Part shown: in pieces, positions 59,468 through 64,000 of the stretch
Position numbering within the stretch: the stretch's first letter is position 1
Layout of the letters: every line of letters begins with the position of its first letter
From: Torpedo marmorata
Lineage: Eukaryota
Direction of reading: 5' to 3'
Length of the DNA stretch: 64,000 nucleotides
NCBI GenBank assembly: GCA_977017645.1
Contig: OZ360242.1
Coordinates: 49,290,001-49,354,000, forward strand
Notes under the pieces: generated by a model
Databases searched by the model: none
Seen by the model: only the letters and a program-made list of their open reading frames with translations
What the model was told of the DNA's origin: nothing
Position numbers and translations under genes: made by a program

Positions 59468-61636
59468 CTTCAAGTCAAGTCACCTTTATTTGTCGTTCAT
59501 TACCATATACACAGTAAGACGAGATAGCGTTTCTCCAGGACCATGGGCAGATGTACATAAATATCATAATACAATAGAAAAAACTATAACTTGCTAATAC
59601 ACGTATATATCTAGGAATTGAGGAGCCAGATGGCTTGGGGGAAAAAACTGTTGCACAGTCTGGACGTACGAGACCGAGTGCTTCGGTACCTCCTTCCAAA
59701 TGGCAAAGGGGGAAACAGTTTACCAAAGGGGTGTGAGAAGTCCTTCACAATGTTTTTAGCCTTCCTCATGCATCGTGTGTTGTAGATGTCTGTCATGGTG
59801 GGGAGAGAGACTCCAATAATTTTCTCCGCTGCCCTCACTATCCTCTGCAGGGTCTTTCGGTCCGAGGTGGTACAGTTACCAAACCAAGCGGTGATGCAAT
59901 TGCTCAGAATACTCTCAATACATCCCCTGTAGAATGTAGTAAGGATAGGGGGTGGGAGATGAACTTTCCTCAGTCTTCGCAGGAAGTAAAGACGCTGCTG
60001 GGCTTTCTTGACTATGGAACTGGTGTTTAGGGACCAGCTGAGACTCTCCGCCAAGAGCACTCTAAGAAACTTGGTACTCTTTACGACCTCAACGGTAGAG
60101 CCGTCCATGGTCAAAGGAGAATAATATGGTGGCGCTGCCTGAGCAGTTGTAGCGGCAGCGCTGCCGCTGGTGCGGACCCGCGGGGAGCATGGGAGTGGAG
60201 ATGCAGCACTCCCGCGGGGTCCAGCCGCCCAGTCGACTGCCGTCGGTTCCGCACGGGCTTTGAACGGCCCGTTAAAGGAGCCGACGGTGGTTTTATTCAA
60301 GATCCCGCGACCACGGGGTCTGCGCCCAAGATGGCAGCGCCTTTTAACCGGCAGCAGCCACGAGGGGCTGCAGATTCCGGGGAAGCGGAGGACTGGAGCA
60401 GGGCACCAGAGGACGGGAAGATCACCCCCCCCCCCCGTCTGAGAAGGAGAAGCGGAGGAGACGACCCACGGGATGGTGACCACGGCGGCGGACCAGTGAG
60501 GGGCTCTGAGGCTGAAGGACCAGTGCATGCGGCGGGCTGCTGGCGACTCGAGGCGAGGAACCCGCGGAGGCTGTGGGCTGCTGGAGACTGCTGTCGGGGG
60601 ACTCACGCCGGGCTGCGGACGGCTGGAGGCTGGCTCGAACTGGCTGGAGGAGTACCAGGTATCGGAACCGGGATGTGAGGGGGTGCCAAGGGCGCCCTGA
60701 CCGTGTCGGAGATTCGGATCTGGAGCTCGGGTTGCCGATGGTTTGGACTGGACTCTGTGTCGCTGCGGAGGCTGCGGAAGTGCTGGAGGCGAATCTACGG
60801 ACACTTGGTGACTCTGGGGGACTCTCTTTTGCTTCTCTTTCTCTGACTGTAAGGAATGTTAGAGGCGCTTAGGCAATTTCTGCCGGTGGCGAATCTGTCT
60901 GCCTTGTAGCAGGCAAAAAGAAATTTCATGGAATATGACACTGTCTTATTACTATGACAATAAATTGAATCTTGAATCCCCCCGGGCCCTTCTGAAGTCG
61001 ACAACCAACTCTTTTGTTTTGTTTACATTCAGCTGCAGGTTGTTGTTTACGCACCATGCCATTAGCGACTGCACCTCATCTCTGTATGCTGACTCATCAT
61101 TCTTACTGAGAAGGCCCACCACGGTTGTATCATCAGCGAACTTTATGATGTGATTCGAGCTGTGTTTTGCTGCACAGTCATGAGTCAGCAGGGTGAACAG
61201 CAATGGACTAAGCACACAGCCCTGGGGAGCCCCCGTGCTCAATGTAATTACCTTGGAAGTGCCGTTTCCAATCCGGACTGCCTGAGGTCTTCCCGTCAGG
61301 AAGTCTAGGATCCAATTACAGAGGGTGTAGTTTAGGCCCAGCCCCCTCAATTTCCCTATCAGGTACTGAGGTATGATCGTGTTGAATGCCGAGCTGAAGT
61401 CAATAAACAGCATTCGAACATACGCGTCCTAATTTTCCAGGTGGGTGAGGGCTAGGTGGAGGGTGGTAATGATGGCATCATGTGTGGAGCGGTTTGATCT
61501 ATATGCGAACTGCAGGGGGTCCAGTGAGGGGTGCAGCAGAAGCTTGATGTGCCTCATGACGAGCCTCTCGAAGCACTTCATGACGGTAGATGTGAGTGCG
61601 ACAGGGCGGTAGTTATTGAGGCAGGACACCGTCGAC
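59468..61636 (-). mobile_element. Rex1/Babar LINE, 5'-truncated, RT interrupted by the GC-rich element
   Basis: [76 protein letters not shown]|YSPLTMDG...KKAQQRLYFLR. Tail gacaaataaaggtgacttgacttga. Confidence 0.93.
60126..60978 (+). mobile_element. GC-rich non-autonomous retroelement, copy 1
   Basis: Inserted into the Rex RT at the GD|YSP junction. Starts atggtggcgc; ends aatttcatg...tgacaataaattgaatcttgaatc. Near-identical inverted copy at 62292-63087. Confidence 0.85.
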
Positions 61637-62264
61637 AGTAAAGCTGAAACAAACTTTGCAAATGTCCTAAAGGCCTGCTTCTGCAAGAAAGTGCAATCCA
61701 AATCCCCACAAGAGGTGTCTAGGTGTGTGAGGCACATTAATGGATATTCTGGTACATGTCTGAGCATCTTGGCGCTTTAGCAAATCAGTCATGGAGACAT
61801 GAATAGCAACAAGCTATTTAGCCTCTCAGATTATTGTACGATTCAGGCTGACCCGCATCAACTCCCTATTCACATCATTCTACACATTCTTCAGTATATT
61901 TGGACTACATAATGCTATTAATTTTGATTTTTAAACGAACCTGCATTAGTCATGGAAGGTATGCATTATTTCACAAACTCTCCCCACACCCATCCCATCA
62001 GACACCTCCAGCTTCACATTTGCCTCATTTGCCATCTCAGAACCCATAAAAACTAGAGTGGAAATGTCATCCTCAATTCCTAAAGATTGTCCAATAAGAA
62101 TCCCAAATTTAAAGCTTATCATGATCCATCAATATTTGCAGTTGTGTGTTACACATTTATAACACCAAGTGTTGAAGTATTTCCTAGCTTTACTCTTGAT
62201 AGGTTATACTGTGCCCCCAGCTTCAGACTCAGCAACCAGCAGAAATAGTTTGTATATTTCACCC

Positions 62265-63729
62265 TGTAATGGATCTGTGCTAATATTAATCTTCAAGATT
62301 CAATTTATTGTCATAGTAATAAGACAGTGTCATATTCCATAAAATTTCTTTTTGCCTGCTGCAAGGCAGACAGATTCGCCACCGGCAGAAATTGCCTGAG
62401 CGCCTCTAACATTCCTTACAGTCAGAGAAAGAGAAGCAAAAGAGAGTCCCCCCAGAGTCACCGAGTGTCCGTAGATTCGCCTCCAGCACTTCCGCAGCCA
62501 CACAGAGTCCAGTCCAAACCATCGGCAACCCGAGCACCAGATCCGAATCTCCGACACGGTCAGGGCGCCCTCGGCACCCCCTCACATCCCGGTTCCGATA
62601 CCTGGTACTCCTCCAGCCAGTTCGAAGCAGCCTCCAGCAGTCCGCAGCCCGGCGTGAGTCCCCCGACAGCAGTCTCCAGCAGCCCACAGCCTCCGCGGGT
62701 TCCTCGCCTCGAGTCGCCAGCAGCCCGCCGCATGCACTGGTCCTTCAGCCTCAGAGCCCCTCACTGGTCCGCCGCCGTGGTCACCGTCCCGTGGGTCGTC
62801 TCCTCCGCTTCTTCTTCTCAGACGGGGGGGGGTGATCTTCCCGTCCTCTGGTGCCCTTCTCCAGTCCTCTGCTTCCCCGGAGTCTGCAGCCCCTCGTGGC
62901 TGCTGCCGGTTAAAAGGCGCTGCCATCTTGGGTGCAGACCCCGTGGTCGCGGGATCTTAAATAAAACCACCGTCAGCTCCCTCAACGGGCCATTCAAAGC
63001 CAGTGCGGAACTGACGGCAGTCGACTGGGCGGCTGGATCCCACGGGAGCACTGTATCTCCGCTCCTCGCTCCCCGCGGCGCCGCCATGATAAGGAATTTG
63101 ACTTTCTGGAAAGACAGAATCTGGAGCAGTGATCTCTGAAATAGATAGAGATGCTGTTCTGTATTGTATCATCCTTATCACAGAAGATACACAATGTAAG
63201 TGGCTTTTAAAATAAGTAAGACCACTTCCAACTGCTTCTAAGAAAAGACAGCAGCATCGTATGTTACTTTCGATTAAGAAAGAAATCATCATGGAAAACA
63301 GACTCCGGAACACTTAGGCAAGATAAGAGGGAGTTTGGTGAAATCACTCACATGAAGTAAAAAATATCTCTGAAAGACAACTCATCAAAAGACGTGAGTT
63401 TGAAAGAAATCGGATGCTTCACTCTTGCTTTATAATTAATTCTGAATCACAATTTAAAAGGATCCTGAAGTTCAACGAGAAGTTTGAAACTGGACTTTAA
63501 AATTGACTTTTCAGATTCAAGTTTAAACTGAAATAGTTTGGACTTTAACACACACATTTACATTTGCGCATAGTGGGGTTTAAGTTAGAGTTAAGTTTAG
63601 AGATAAGTAAGAAATGTTATGTTATTAATAGTTTAATAAAAAATTATTATTTTTAATTTACCATTGTCTGGTGAATTTTTCCATTGCTGTTCCTTTGTTA
63701 GTACTAGCAAGGTTTGTTAGTTCGTAACA
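62265..63729 (+). mobile_element. Probable solo LTR (about 0.67 kb without its insert), interrupted by the GC-rich element
   Basis: accc|tgtaatgg ... ttcgtaaca|(a)accc: TG..CA ends and an accc TSD-like repeat. 3' region (acacacac..atagtggggtt..tttaataaa..ttttacc..gtaaca) resembles 2623-3504. Confidence 0.65.
62292..63087 (-). mobile_element. GC-rich non-autonomous retroelement, copy 2
   Basis: Reverse complement of 60126-60978 with the same 5' start (atggcggcgc), a ~45-nt internal deletion near the 5' end and the same 3' tail. Confidence 0.85.
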
Positions 63730-64000
63730 AACCCAGCCAGCTCAGTGATTAGTCTTCAATTTCATGAGCAACATTAGACATATTTTGAGGGACTCTTATC
63801 AAATAAAAAGACATTCACCCAGAGACTATTTTTTTTCCCCAGACAGGAGAATCTAGAAATAGAGGGTAAAGGAGATAACACAATCAAAAACAAAATGGAA
63901 AAATTTATCAACCCAGGAGAACTACAAATCTTTGGAACTCTCTATTCCAGAGGGCTACTTATGCTCATTTTATTAATATATTCATGGCTGTACTCAAGAT

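Noticed and set aside
59611-60804. 397-aa ORF as a novel gene
   Set aside because: It is a chimera of the antisense GC-rich element and the C-terminus of the interrupted Rex RT; the junction is at the insertion site (about 60125).
57837-63087. CpG-island promoter of DCUN1D3
   Set aside because: All CpG-rich patches here fall inside mobile elements; no unique-sequence island was seen.
62327-63139. 270-aa Pro/Ser-rich ORF
   Set aside because: Antisense reading of GC-rich element copy 2; frameshifted relative to copy 1 near its start; no domain recognised.

Overview
AT-rich vertebrate genomic DNA with no prokaryotic features. The repeat content (tRNA/V-SINEs, CR1, Rex1/Babar, fish-type L1, Penelope) points to a cartilaginous fish, which is an inference. 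Two convergent genes are present. On the + strand are the last 10 coding exons of MRTFB/MKL2 (10595-36256: B1 basic/Q-rich box, SAP domain, leucine zipper, TAD), followed by a ~3 kb TE-free 3' UTR; the RPEL exons lie upstream of the window. On the - strand is the complete two-exon CDS of DCUN1D3 (52414-51978 and 47912-47393, 318 aa). All exon phases join correctly at GT-AG boundaries. The rest is intronic or intergenic DNA dense with nested mobile elements, several with exact target-site duplications (TSDs). The most interesting signals are: (1) two kinds of non-autonomous passengers sharing a Rex1/Babar-type 3' tail, namely a 5S rRNA-headed SINE and an ~0.85 kb GC-rich element with no Pol III head; (2) that GC-rich element occurs as a closely spaced inverted pair, probably inside a DCUN1D3 intron; (3) Penelope termini carrying variant hammerhead-ribozyme cores and forming stand-alone palindromes; (4) two uORFs in the DCUN1D3 leader. 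I found no evidence for a new protein-coding system. Novelty of the repeat families cannot be established without Dfam/Repbase searches.
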